A DNA stretch of 30,166 bases from a virus. Taxonomy: Duplodnaviria > Heunggongvirae > Uroviricota > Caudoviricetes. Positions 17,407 to 25,439 of this stretch are shown here, in pieces. The stretch covers positions 1 through 30,166 of the IMG/VR virus record IMGVR_UViG_3300046656_000613. One strand, written 5' to 3'. The notes under the pieces are model-generated. The model was not told the origin of the DNA. It saw only the letters and a program-made list of their open reading frames with translations, and ran no database searches. The translations under genes and the position numbers were made by a program. Numbering within the stretch: position 1 is the first letter of the stretch; each line of letters starts with the position of its first letter.

Positions 17407-18529
17407 AGACTTGCTGGCTGATTACGCTAAATACATACGCGAGCATCTTGATAAGAAAATCTTCTCATCCATGTTTATCGGAACCTTCCCGACGATGCTG
17501 GGCGACCCCCAGATCAACATGCCGATGACAGCCACGGAAGTCCGAGCAAAAAAAGAGGCCGCATACAAGGCCCTCAAGACCCGTCTAACCACGCAACTGA
17601 AGGAAAAGAGTATGGAGTCCGAAGAGATCCTGGAAGAGGCGGCGGTGCCGACCCAGCCCATGCCGATGACGCATCACAACCTCATGGCAGCCAGAAATGC
17701 ATTGGTGGCGCGCGGCGTCAGCCCCAGCGATGTTTCGATCGTCCTGCCCGGAGAGAGCTTTCGCTATATTCTCTGCTCGATCAACCAGCCGCCAGCATAC
17801 CGTTTCCGCTTTGCCGACATGGAGATTCTAACTGGCAACGACACCGGACCGCACGGGCGGCGTGAAACGCAGATCTACTTCGCCGGGCACGTCCCGCCGA
17901 ACATGGAACCCGTTGCCCGCGAGGTATTCGCATGCCTCCTGGGGTGTCGCGTCAGTGAACTGCCACATCGCGCCCGCTGCAACAGCGTGGGCACCATGGC
18001 GTATAGCATGAGCGAAATCGCCGTAACCCCCCGCCCCGCCAGCGGCAACAACCGGAATCCGCGTCGCCTCAGCGATCTCTCTTATGAGGAGAAGGTCGTA
18101 GCCGCAAAGGAGTCCGTCGCGGCTTACACTCGTGACAAGAAGCTCCCCAGCGCCGAGATGCTCGCATTGTACCGCGAACTTGACGGCATCCGCACGGCGA
18201 AGAAATGGACCGGAGCGGGCGCGGTCGGGCGCGTCGATCAGCTTGGCAACCTCACCATCAGCGGCCTGCCCGAGGGCGAGCTGGTAAACTGGACCACCGA
18301 GCCTCTTCGGGTCCGGGCCACCAGCATCGTCATCAACTTCCGGCCCAAGGGCGGGGAGCTGAAAAGCGCGCTCATCCCCATCGTCTACGATGTCGATGGC
18401 AACCGTCACGGCCTGACTTCCGAAGCACTCAGCCGCGCGGCTGATAAGGTCGGGGGCTTCGAGCGCGGCGGTCCGAATCGCGACTTTATCGGCGCCGCAG
18501 CGCAGAGCTTCGCGAAAATGCTCGACTGA
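17393..18529 (+). CDS. Hypothetical protein (378 aa from ATG 17393) whose 3' 702 nt overlap the HisF-like gene antisense
   Basis: The first 145 codons do not overlap HisF and read as protein (DLLADYAKYIREHLDKK, EVRAKKEAAYKALK). The ATG overlaps the end of the upstream + gene. There is no stop until 18529. Confidence 0.55.
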   Translation: MPKNEDLLADYAKYIREHLDKKIFSSMFIGTFPTMLGDPQINMPMTATEVRAKKEAAYKALKTRLTTQLKEKSMESEEILEEAAVPTQPMPMTHHNLMAARNALVARGVSPSDVSIVLPGESFRYILCSINQPPAYRFRFADMEILTGNDTGPHGRRETQIYFAGHVPPNMEPVAREVFACLLGCRVSELPHRARCNSVGTMAYSMSEIAVTPRPASGNNRNPRRLSDLSYEEKVVAAKESVAAYTRDKKLPSAEMLALYRELDGIRTAKKWTGAGAVGRVDQLGNLTISGLPEGELVNWTTEPLRVRATSIVINFRPKGGELKSALIPIVYDVDGNRHGLTSEALSRAADKVGGFERGGPNRDFIGAAAQSFAKMLD

Positions 18530-18781
18530 GCGTATTCCACCACCAACAGTGAGCGGGGACATGATCACCCCGCTCAATTCCTTGATCAGCTCGAAATCCG
18601 GCTCCCGGCCTTCCGGGGTAGCGCCGATATCGAGGAGCACCAGCTCATCGACCCCGCGCCGGGCATGCACCCGCACCGCGTTGACCACGCTCCCCACCGA
18701 TCGCCACCCGTCGAACTGCTTCCCTTTCACGGCTTGATGGCCGCGATATAAAATTACTGGAATTATTCTAGTTTTAAGCAA
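17828..18781 (-). CDS. HisF-like (WbuZ/AglZ-type) protein associated with acetamidino sugar modification, with an internal insertion
   Basis: TTG start LKTRIIPV, VKG, VDELVLLDI, PLTVGGGIRS, GADKV, GAGELLVTS..RDG..GYDL, PVVAAGGAG. The position of HisF catalytic Asp11 is Leu. Adjacent to an N-acetyl-sugar amidotransferase. Confidence 0.8.
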   Translation of the reverse strand: MLKTRIIPVILYRGHQAVKGKQFDGWRSVGSVVNAVRVHARRGVDELVLLDIGATPEGREPDFELIKELSGVIMSPLTVGGGIRSVEHFREALRCGADKVAIRTAALEAPDLISRAAECFGSQAVTVAIDIVDDGDERAFQLPALGPEVDDDAGGPDPKRLGGPVYQLALGQAADGEVAKLIDAPDRARSGPFLRRADAVKFAVQCEHLGAGELLVTSVSRDGLLCGYDLLLIREIAEATRIPVVAAGGAGGYGDFAHAIRHGAHAVAAGAMWQFTDATPQEACEYLAGNGFHVRRDVPGEVDLRFTPPVRSGVVAS

Positions 18782-18839
18782 TCCGTGCCTTGCCCTGCCC
18801 TGCCAATCCACGCCCGGCCATGCCATGCCCCACCGTGCC
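18780..18839 (-). repeat. Twelve consecutive 5-nt GGNNN units (consensus GGCAN)
   Basis: Minus strand: GGCAC GGTGG GGCAT GGCAT GGCCG GGCGT GGATT GGCAG GGCAG GGCAA GGCAC GGATT. Confidence 0.8.
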
Positions 18840-18844
18840 GTAAC

Positions 18845-19972
18845 CTACCTAGCCAAAAAGGAATTTTCCCAGACGGCGGGCTTCATCATCGGCCACTGGC
18901 CCGGCGCATCCGAGACATCGAACAGATCTTTGTTCGCATAATGCTGGGCGATCGCGATGAACTCGTTGAAGGTCAGACCGATGTGGCTGAGGGCGTCAAC
19001 CAGATCGATACCCATGTAGTTCCACGGGATTTTCCCGTCGTCCTGGCGGACAATATCGATAGCTTCCTCACGAGAAATCATTCCGTAACGGATGTCAACA
19101 GAAATCTGCGCGCAAAGTCTATTGTACGCGAATTTAAGATACCCAAAATAGTCATGAATTGACGTCTGCCCGTTATCGAGATTCTCTGCTGTCCACCAAG
19201 AATGCGGCATTGGCTTGACTGCCTGCATGCCGGCCGCCACCGCCACCCTTGCATTGCGATGACTGTCCCAGGGGAAGTAAGCCCCGAGGAAGTGGGCCTC
19301 GATCCCGTCGGTGTCCGCGGGCATCATGTAATAAGCTATGTCCTCCCGGCGCAGCCCATGCTGTCCCACCAGATCGACCGGACGCATGCCGAGATGGCCG
19401 CCGAACTCGGTGATCCAGCGGCGAGTCATCTGCCGGGCCTCAAGCGAATCCATCGGCCCGCCATAGGCGTTCTGCGGGCACTCGCCATAGAAGATCAGGG
19501 GGATTTGGTGCATTTTGGCGATGCGCCAAGGCACGTGGAAAATGCTTACGTGTTCCGGCCAGCCGATGTCGCCCACCAGCTCCAGACTTAAGCGGTTTAA
19601 CAGTGCCCGAACCCGCAGGTTCGGAGTGGCCTCGATGGTGTCGGCGTATCGGGCAAGGTTGCGGATGTTCGCCTTGCCGATTTCTGTGAGCATACAGGTA
19701 GTAGCTGTAACAACAAGGGGTCTCACCCCAAGTTCAATAAGCTTTAATACCTGCCAATGACTGTCCTTGCCACCCGAGGACGGCACAATGCAGTGGTAGC
19801 CGTCAGGAGATACTTTGGCAGATTCGAGAATACCCAGCAAGTCCTCTTTACGCCGCTCCCAATCGATCTCATGACGTTTTTTGAAAGAGATGCAGGCCGA
19901 GCACACCCCATCCACGAAGGCGGTATCGGGCCGGGTCGTGGGCATCAGGCATTCTTTGCAGCGCACCAGCAT
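18845..19972 (-). CDS. N-acetyl sugar amidotransferase (WbuX/PseA-like, PP-loop)
   Basis: RCKECLMPTTRP...DGVCSAC, PP-loop CIVPSSGGKDS, WPEH, FYGE, and ISVDIRYGMISREEA. Confidence 0.9.
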   Translation of the reverse strand: MLVRCKECLMPTTRPDTAFVDGVCSACISFKKRHEIDWERRKEDLLGILESAKVSPDGYHCIVPSSGGKDSHWQVLKLIELGVRPLVVTATTCMLTEIGKANIRNLARYADTIEATPNLRVRALLNRLSLELVGDIGWPEHVSIFHVPWRIAKMHQIPLIFYGECPQNAYGGPMDSLEARQMTRRWITEFGGHLGMRPVDLVGQHGLRREDIAYYMMPADTDGIEAHFLGAYFPWDSHRNARVAVAAGMQAVKPMPHSWWTAENLDNGQTSIHDYFGYLKFAYNRLCAQISVDIRYGMISREEAIDIVRQDDGKIPWNYMGIDLVDALSHIGLTFNEFIAIAQHYANKDLFDVSDAPGQWPMMKPAVWENSFLAR

Positions 19973-20598
19973 CAGGCGACCTTCTCAAATAGGGTATATA
20001 CGAGGTCATCTTGAGGGGCGACCGGATCGCGGCTCCAGGCGAAGCCGACATTGCGCACCTCTAGGCCGGGGAACATGTCCAGCATGTCCGCGGCGAAATC
20101 TCTTTTCCATAATTTACCTGCGTGCCCGCGATATTCCACCTCGACCGGCACAGGATTATGATATTCGGCCAAAAAGATAAAGCGCCGGCTCGCCCGGTAC
20201 AGCGCCCCGTAGGCGCGAGCCAATTGCTGCGGGGGGACGTGAATCAACAGGCCCTTGGATAAAACCAGATCATAGCCCCCGCCCCAGGGCTCTTCCGGCT
20301 CCAGCATCGACATCTGAAACGTCTTCACCCCAGCATCGCACAGCTTGCTGGCCGCGAGGGCGTTCACCTCGACTCCGGTAAACTCGCAGTGTGCATAGGC
20401 ATTGATCTGCCGGAGTGCGGCGATGTTGAGGCCGACATTGGCGCCGAACTCAATCACTCGGGTTGGCGTGGCGAAAAACGTCGGCGACAACGCCTTGCGG
20501 AATAGAACCACATTGTTAAATATCAGTCTATCACTTTGATTTCTTTGGGTATAGCTGTCCCCAAAATCGCCTTCCCAGAATTTTTCCGTCTCGCTCAT
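19972..20598 (-). CDS. Pseudaminic acid biosynthesis-associated SAM methyltransferase
   Basis: FWEGDFGDSYTQRN, IEFGANVGLNI, GLLIHVPP, AEYHNPVPVEVEYRGH..KLWKRDFA. ATG 20598 with RBS AAGGG; TGATG coupling to the amidotransferase. Confidence 0.9.
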   Translation of the reverse strand: MSETEKFWEGDFGDSYTQRNQSDRLIFNNVVLFRKALSPTFFATPTRVIEFGANVGLNIAALRQINAYAHCEFTGVEVNALAASKLCDAGVKTFQMSMLEPEEPWGGGYDLVLSKGLLIHVPPQQLARAYGALYRASRRFIFLAEYHNPVPVEVEYRGHAGKLWKRDFAADMLDMFPGLEVRNVGFAWSRDPVAPQDDLVYTLFEKVA

Positions 20599-20603
20599 GG
20601 CCC

Positions 20604-20646
20604 TTGACACCCGTTATAATTATAACTACGTTTGCGCCACATCCAA
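20604..20646. promoter_or_regulatory. Overlapping divergent promoters around a 14-bp palindrome GTTATAATTATAAC (20613-20626)
   Basis: Plus strand: TTGACA (20604-20609)-N17-TACGTT (20627-20632). Minus strand: TTGGAT (20646-20641)-N16-TATAAT (20624-20619). Confidence 0.65.
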
Positions 20647-20659
20647 CCAGAAGGGTCAC

Positions 20660-21385
20660 ATGTCGCAAACATCCATCACGCTTTTGCTCGACCGCTCCGG
20701 CTCCATGAACCAAATCCTTGAGGACACCCTCGGCGGGTACAATTCCTACAAGAATGGCCTCAAGGGAATCGACGCGCTGTTCTCCCTCATTACTTTCGAT
20801 TCCATCGGGATCGACAAGATCCATCTGCATCTGCCGATCAACGACGTGCCGGACCTGACCCGCAAGGAATTCATTCCGCGCGGCAATACCCCGCTGCTCG
20901 ATGCCGCGATGAAAACCATCCAGGCGGTGGAGCGCGCGGTCTCCGACAAGCCCGACACCAAGGTGGTGATCACCATCCTCACTGACGGCGAGGAGAACGA
21001 CTCCAAGCTGTATGCATGGCTGGACCTGGAAGACACGATCCGCAGAAAGCAGGAACTCGGCTGGCAGTTCGTCTTCCTCGGCGCCGGCATCAATGCCTAC
21101 AAGCAGGCTGGACGGATGGGCATCTCGGCCGGGCAAACCGTGTCTTATGACAGCTCAGATCGGGTCTCCACCCAGAGCGTGTTCGAGGAAACTGCCGCCA
21201 ACACCCGCGCCTATGCGTCCGGCGAAGCCGCGACCATGGAATACACAACTGATCAGAAGGCCGCCGCCAAGGACGCCTATATCCCCATGGCCGACCATGC
21301 GGTCTGGGATCTGATGCAGAAAAGGCCGGCAGCTCCAAAGCCGGCGCCGCAGCCGCTCGGCCCCGTCCAGGACTTCGATCTGTAG
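20660..21385 (+). CDS. von Willebrand factor A (VWA) domain protein
   Basis: MIDAS motif LLDRSGSM, PRGNTPLLDA, ILTDGEENDS, WQFVFLGA. ATG 20660 with RBS AAGGG. Confidence 0.9.
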   Translation: MSQTSITLLLDRSGSMNQILEDTLGGYNSYKNGLKGIDALFSLITFDSIGIDKIHLHLPINDVPDLTRKEFIPRGNTPLLDAAMKTIQAVERAVSDKPDTKVVITILTDGEENDSKLYAWLDLEDTIRRKQELGWQFVFLGAGINAYKQAGRMGISAGQTVSYDSSDRVSTQSVFEETAANTRAYASGEAATMEYTTDQKAAAKDAYIPMADHAVWDLMQKRPAAPKPAPQPLGPVQDFDL

Positions 21386-21392
21386 GAGTTTC

Positions 21393-21698
21393 ATGAAGCC
21401 TCCTGGCCCAACCAAGTACGGCGCCATGCTGAAGCGTCTGATTGAGCAACGCGGCGTCACCCAGACGCTGCTTGCCAATCGCGCCAAGGCAGCGAGCGGC
21501 CTCTCGATCTCCCAGGCAAGACTCAATCTTGTGCTGAGGGGGCGGATCAAGGTGCCGCCCCATTGGGTGGCGGTCTTGCCCAGCGCGATCGATGCCTCGC
21601 CGCACCAGCTCAACCTGTTGAGAATGGCGGCAGAAAAGGATCACGGGCACAAACTCGACATCCCGCCCATCCCAGACAAAAAAGAGGCCCCGGAGTGA
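21393..21698 (+). CDS. XRE/Cro-like HTH transcriptional regulator
   Basis: LKRLIEQRGVTQTLLANR.......SQARLNLVLRG; RBS AGGAG. Confidence 0.7.
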   Translation: MKPPGPTKYGAMLKRLIEQRGVTQTLLANRAKAASGLSISQARLNLVLRGRIKVPPHWVAVLPSAIDASPHQLNLLRMAAEKDHGHKLDIPPIPDKKEAPE

Positions 21699-21711
21699 TC
21701 CGGGGCTTTTT
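21678..21711. terminator. Bidirectional intrinsic terminator
   Basis: A-tract, then stem GCCCCGGA / loop GTGA / TCCGGGGC (21687-21706), then TTTTT. It lies between the convergent HTH and pseI stops. Confidence 0.85.
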
Positions 21712-22748
21712 CATATCCACTTCACCATGTGCTCGGCCAGCGGCGTGCCGGCCGGAAGGTGGGTGGTGGCCAGCGAGCCGATCACCTTGGAATACATCGA
21801 CGGCGCCATGCCCAGCCCCGGCCGAATCGAGCGGACATTGTTCGAGGTGAACATGTCCCCCTCCCCCATGGCCTCCACGACGTACAGAGAGCGCCGCAGG
21901 GGCGCATGGACGCTATCGTCGCGGGCAGCGTTCCAGGGCGCGTCCCGCGGCCCCAAAGCCACGCTGGCGCGGGTCACATCGTTGACAAAGGCGGCGAACT
22001 GATCCGCCCCGAGCGCGAACCGATCGTCGGCACCTGTCCCGCCCGGCGTCAGCGTGATATGCTTCTCAATCAGACAGGCCCCCATGGCGACCGCCATCTG
22101 CGCCGTCGCGACCCCCAGGCTGTGATCAGACAAGCCGACGTAATTGTGCCGGCGCATCAGCATCTGCATGAACCGCAGGTTGGCTTGCTCCAGCAGCGTG
22201 GGATAGGTGGAGACGCAATGCAGCCAGATCGAGGGGTGGCTGCGCACGACATCATCGGCCATGCGGATCTCGCCGAAGCTGGCCATGCCGGTGGACAGGA
22301 TCAGCGGCTTACCCTCCCAGACCGCCGCCTTGATCAGGATGGGATCGACCAGCTCGAAGCTGGCGATCTTGAGCGCGGGCGGATCGAACTGCTTCACGAA
22401 GGCGATGTCCTCAAGCGAGAACACCGACGGGAACAGCGGGATGCTCATCTCCTTGGCGACCGCGTACATCTCCGGGAACCACTCGCGCGGCGTATAGGTG
22501 TCGCTGTAGAGATCGTGGAGGTGCCGACCGGCCCAGGGGCCGCCCTGGATGATGAACTCGGGCCGATCGAACTTGGCGGTGATGGTGTCCGGCGTAAATG
22601 CCTGGACCTTAACCGCATCAGCGCCAGCCCCCGCCGCCCGGTGGATCAGCTCCAGCATCGCCGACTTGGAGCCGTTATGCGCGCCGCCGATCTCGGCGAT
22701 GATCATCGGCCGCAGGGCGGCGGCAAAATCGAAATTGGCTATCTTCAT
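21711..22748 (-). CDS. pseI: Pseudaminic acid synthase (NeuB/PseI family)
   Basis: IIAEIG..HNGS, ADAVKVQ, KIASFELVD, KPLILSTGMAS, LHCVSTYP, GLSDHS, IEKHITL, and C-terminal SAF/AFP-like RRSLY...IRPG.G. Confidence 0.9.
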   Translation of the reverse strand: MKIANFDFAAALRPMIIAEIGGAHNGSKSAMLELIHRAAGAGADAVKVQAFTPDTITAKFDRPEFIIQGGPWAGRHLHDLYSDTYTPREWFPEMYAVAKEMSIPLFPSVFSLEDIAFVKQFDPPALKIASFELVDPILIKAAVWEGKPLILSTGMASFGEIRMADDVVRSHPSIWLHCVSTYPTLLEQANLRFMQMLMRRHNYVGLSDHSLGVATAQMAVAMGACLIEKHITLTPGGTGADDRFALGADQFAAFVNDVTRASVALGPRDAPWNAARDDSVHAPLRRSLYVVEAMGEGDMFTSNNVRSIRPGLGMAPSMYSKVIGSLATTHLPAGTPLAEHMVKWI

Positions 22749-23188
22749 TCGCGCACCAACTCATAGGTGTTCTGACAATGCCGAAATCCCAGCGCCTCAA
22801 ACATCCCGATCGAGCGCCCATTGCTGGGGTTGATGTTGGCCAGATACCGGCCCGGCCCATGATGCGTCATCGCCGTCTGGATCGCTCGCTTGCCGTAACC
22901 CTGGCCGCGGAATTTCTTGCGGATGAAAATGCCGAACTCACTGCCGGAAACGCTCGGCCGCGGCGGCTTGGTGAGGTAGAGCGAGCCGACGGGTTCACCG
23001 TGCTCATTCTCCAAAATGTACCACGCCTGATAGGGGTGATTCTCAACGAAAGCCTTGTGGCTTTCATAGGTGACGCTCTTGGGATCGTGCGAAATATTGA
23101 CCTTCGAATCCCCAGCGCGCTCGCTCAAAATCTCATAGAGAACATCCACTGCATTGGGATGAATCACTATGTCAACCATTCGCATCAT
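22745..23188 (-). CDS. GNAT N-acetyltransferase (PseH role inferred from context)
   Basis: GIFIRKKFRGQGYGKRA acetyl-CoA motif, NPSNGRSIGMFEALGF. ATGA-coupled on both sides. Confidence 0.8.
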   Translation of the reverse strand: MMRMVDIVIHPNAVDVLYEILSERAGDSKVNISHDPKSVTYESHKAFVENHPYQAWYILENEHGEPVGSLYLTKPPRPSVSGSEFGIFIRKKFRGQGYGKRAIQTAMTHHGPGRYLANINPSNGRSIGMFEALGFRHCQNTYELVRE

Positions 23189-23844
23189 GCTCTCGCCACT
23201 TCCAGTAAGTTGGCCGCACCCTTGGCGCCCTGGAACACCTTAACGATGCGCGCATAGTCGTCGATCGTGTCCAAGGTCCACCTCAAATGCGAGTAATCGC
23301 CATAGGGGCAGGGCACATTGACATGCCGCGCACCCGTCGCCGCCGCGCGCATCTTTGTCGTCACGTGCTCACGGGATTCGCTATCCCAGGTGTTGTGCAC
23401 ATGCCAGTCCAGCGCGCGCATGGTGAACGCCTCGCAGGCATAGCCCAGCGGCCATGTGTCCGGCAGGACGTTGCAGGCATATGCTAGCCCATGAACGTTG
23501 CGTTGCGCAACAACGGCGTCGATCATCTCGCTGGGAATCGCCGGGCAATCAGAGGTGACGCGCACGATGATGTCCGCGCCAACGGATCTGGCCGCCATGT
23601 GGTAGCGCATCAGCACGTCACCTTCTGGCCCATAGACGATGCTGGCCCCACCCGTGAACGGCGTGAGGATCTCGCTATCCTCGCTGTCGGGCATGGCTAC
23701 CACCACCTGATGGATCGAGCGCGCCTCGCGGCAGCGATAGATCACTTCCTCCAGCACGGTGCGCCCGGTCGGAAGCGGCAGCAGGATCTTGCCCGGCAGC
23801 CGGGTGCTGCGGAGCCTTGCCTGAATCACGGCGACTGTCTTCAT
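23185..23844 (-). CDS. pseF: Acylneuraminate-type cytidylyltransferase (SpsF/PseF-like)
   Basis: AVIQARLRSTRLPGKILLPL, G.EGDVLMRY, IVRVTSDCP, REHVT, RWTLDT.DD. Confidence 0.82.
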   Translation of the reverse strand: MKTVAVIQARLRSTRLPGKILLPLPTGRTVLEEVIYRCREARSIHQVVVAMPDSEDSEILTPFTGGASIVYGPEGDVLMRYHMAARSVGADIIVRVTSDCPAIPSEMIDAVVAQRNVHGLAYACNVLPDTWPLGYACEAFTMRALDWHVHNTWDSESREHVTTKMRAAATGARHVNVPCPYGDYSHLRWTLDTIDDYARIVKVFQGAKGAANLLEVARA

Positions 23845-24494
23845 TGGAATGCCGGAAACGTTGAGAGATCAGGATAGTCGGAGCGCAACAAATCAGCGTT
23901 GTGACGCGGCAGCGAGGAGAGCTTCCACAGCAGCGCGGCCGAGACGTCTGGCGATAGGTATGCGTGCCACGCCCGCCCCTGATGCCGCACGCCGTCAGCG
24001 ATTGGCGCCCCCTCGGTGCGCCCGTCGAAGCGCGCGCGGCGCAGCCAGCCGTCTGCGGCAGCGTTGTTATGGAGGATGGCGCCGCCCTGAGTATGGCCGA
24101 GGATCTTGGTGTTATGGAAGCTCACGCACTGGAAAAATGAATGGGCGTCTCCGGCATCCCACAAATTTGACTCGATGGCCGAGAACATCCCTCCGGTGAA
24201 CCGCCGCGCAGAATCCCAGAGCAGCAGCGGGCTGATTTGGTGTTCACCCTGCCAGTCCTCATCGCGGAACTCCACCCTATAGCCGGCCTCCTTCAGCGCA
24301 TAAACAACTCCGATGTACGTCAGCCGAGGCAGGGAAACGATGTCGCCATATGGCGCGTACCGATGCTGCCGCAGCCACGCGGCTGCGATCAGGATCGCCA
24401 TCGTGCAGCTATTGACCACCACAGCATAAGGAGCGCCGGTGTATTTGCACAGCGCCGCTTCGAAATCGCGAGTGATCTGGAAGGGGTCGCTCAT
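23841..24494 (-). CDS. pseC: DegT/DnrJ/EryC1/StrS PLP aminotransferase (PseC-like), unusually short
   Basis: FEAALCKYTGAPYAVVVNSCT.A, WDSA, and CVSFHNTKILGHTQGGAIL containing the PLP lysine. Only 217 aa. Confidence 0.78.
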   Translation of the reverse strand: MSDPFQITRDFEAALCKYTGAPYAVVVNSCTMAILIAAAWLRQHRYAPYGDIVSLPRLTYIGVVYALKEAGYRVEFRDEDWQGEHQISPLLLWDSARRFTGGMFSAIESNLWDAGDAHSFFQCVSFHNTKILGHTQGGAILHNNAAADGWLRRARFDGRTEGAPIADGVRHQGRAWHAYLSPDVSAALLWKLSSLPRHNADLLRSDYPDLSTFPAFQ

Positions 24495-25378
24495 TTGCCT
24501 GGATGCCTCTCATCGAACCATTGGCGGATATGCTCGCGCAGCTCCTCCACCGTCATCCGCCGCGCGGTATCGGACGATCGCTCGAAATCCATGCTTTCAT
24601 GCTTCTTCTCATGCGGGGGCAGGCCAGTGATCTGCATGCCCACCCGCAGCGCGTTGACCAGATCCTCCAGCCGATAGGCCGGCAGGTTGGGAATCGCGAT
24701 ATCGCCGGGCTTGCCGTGAACCGCTGCGCCCATCACCAGCTCGACCGCCTCCTGCATCGACATCCAGAATCTGGTGCATTCAGGGTCCGTGACCGGCACG
24801 GTTCGCGCCCCCGCGCCGATCATCTCCACCCAGCGCGGCAGCACCGAGCCGGCAGACCCCCAAACATTTCCGTATCTTGTGATCACGAAGGTCGGGCCGT
24901 GCGCGCCTGATGTCTCGTTGGCCGCCAGCAGAAGCTGTTCCATCAGCAGTTTGGAGGTGCCGTAGGCTGAGATCGGCTGGAACGCTTTGTCTGATGACAG
25001 TCCCACCACCTTGCGGACCGCGGCCAGCCGGGCCGCCTCAACGACGTTGATGGCACCGAGCACGTTGGTCTTAACCATCTCCTCGGGATTAAAGCGGCCC
25101 ACCTCAATCCGCTTCAGCGCGGCGGCATGGACCACGAGCTGCACGCCCTGCATAGCGCGCACCAGCCGGGCCTGATCGCGCACGTCGCCGATGAAGAACC
25201 GCAGTCGCGGATCATCCTTCAGCTCCGCGCGCATGGCGGCCTGGGTGTGCTCGCCCCGAGAATAGACGCAGACCCGCTCGGCGAGGTCGTGCTGGAGCAA
25301 GAAACGACAAAAGGCGCGACCGAACGAGCCGGTCGCGCCTGTGACTAGAATATTGGGTATTGTTGAGAGATCAAGCAT
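24491..25378 (-). CDS. pseB: UDP-N-acetylglucosamine 4,6-dehydratase (PseB/FlaA1 family)
   Basis: ILVTGATGSFG, IGDVRD, HAAALK, LSSDKA..P..AYGTSKL, RYGNVWGSAGSV, TRFWM. Start placed at ATG 25378 (295 aa). Confidence 0.9.
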   Translation of the reverse strand: MLDLSTIPNILVTGATGSFGRAFCRFLLQHDLAERVCVYSRGEHTQAAMRAELKDDPRLRFFIGDVRDQARLVRAMQGVQLVVHAAALKRIEVGRFNPEEMVKTNVLGAINVVEAARLAAVRKVVGLSSDKAFQPISAYGTSKLLMEQLLLAANETSGAHGPTFVITRYGNVWGSAGSVLPRWVEMIGAGARTVPVTDPECTRFWMSMQEAVELVMGAAVHGKPGDIAIPNLPAYRLEDLVNALRVGMQITGLPPHEKKHESMDFERSSDTARRMTVEELREHIRQWFDERHPGK

Positions 25379-25439
25379 CGCCCCAGATTGGAGGGCTTCG
25401 CCCATGCCGACAAGACCGATGGACACTTTGTCCACCAGC

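Noticed and set aside
17828-18781. Histidine biosynthesis (hisF) auxiliary metabolic gene
   Set aside because: The Asp11-equivalent is absent, there are no other his genes, and the context is the WbuX/WbuZ-type sugar amidination module.
21729-22766. 345-aa + strand ORF
   Set aside because: Antisense shadow of pseI.
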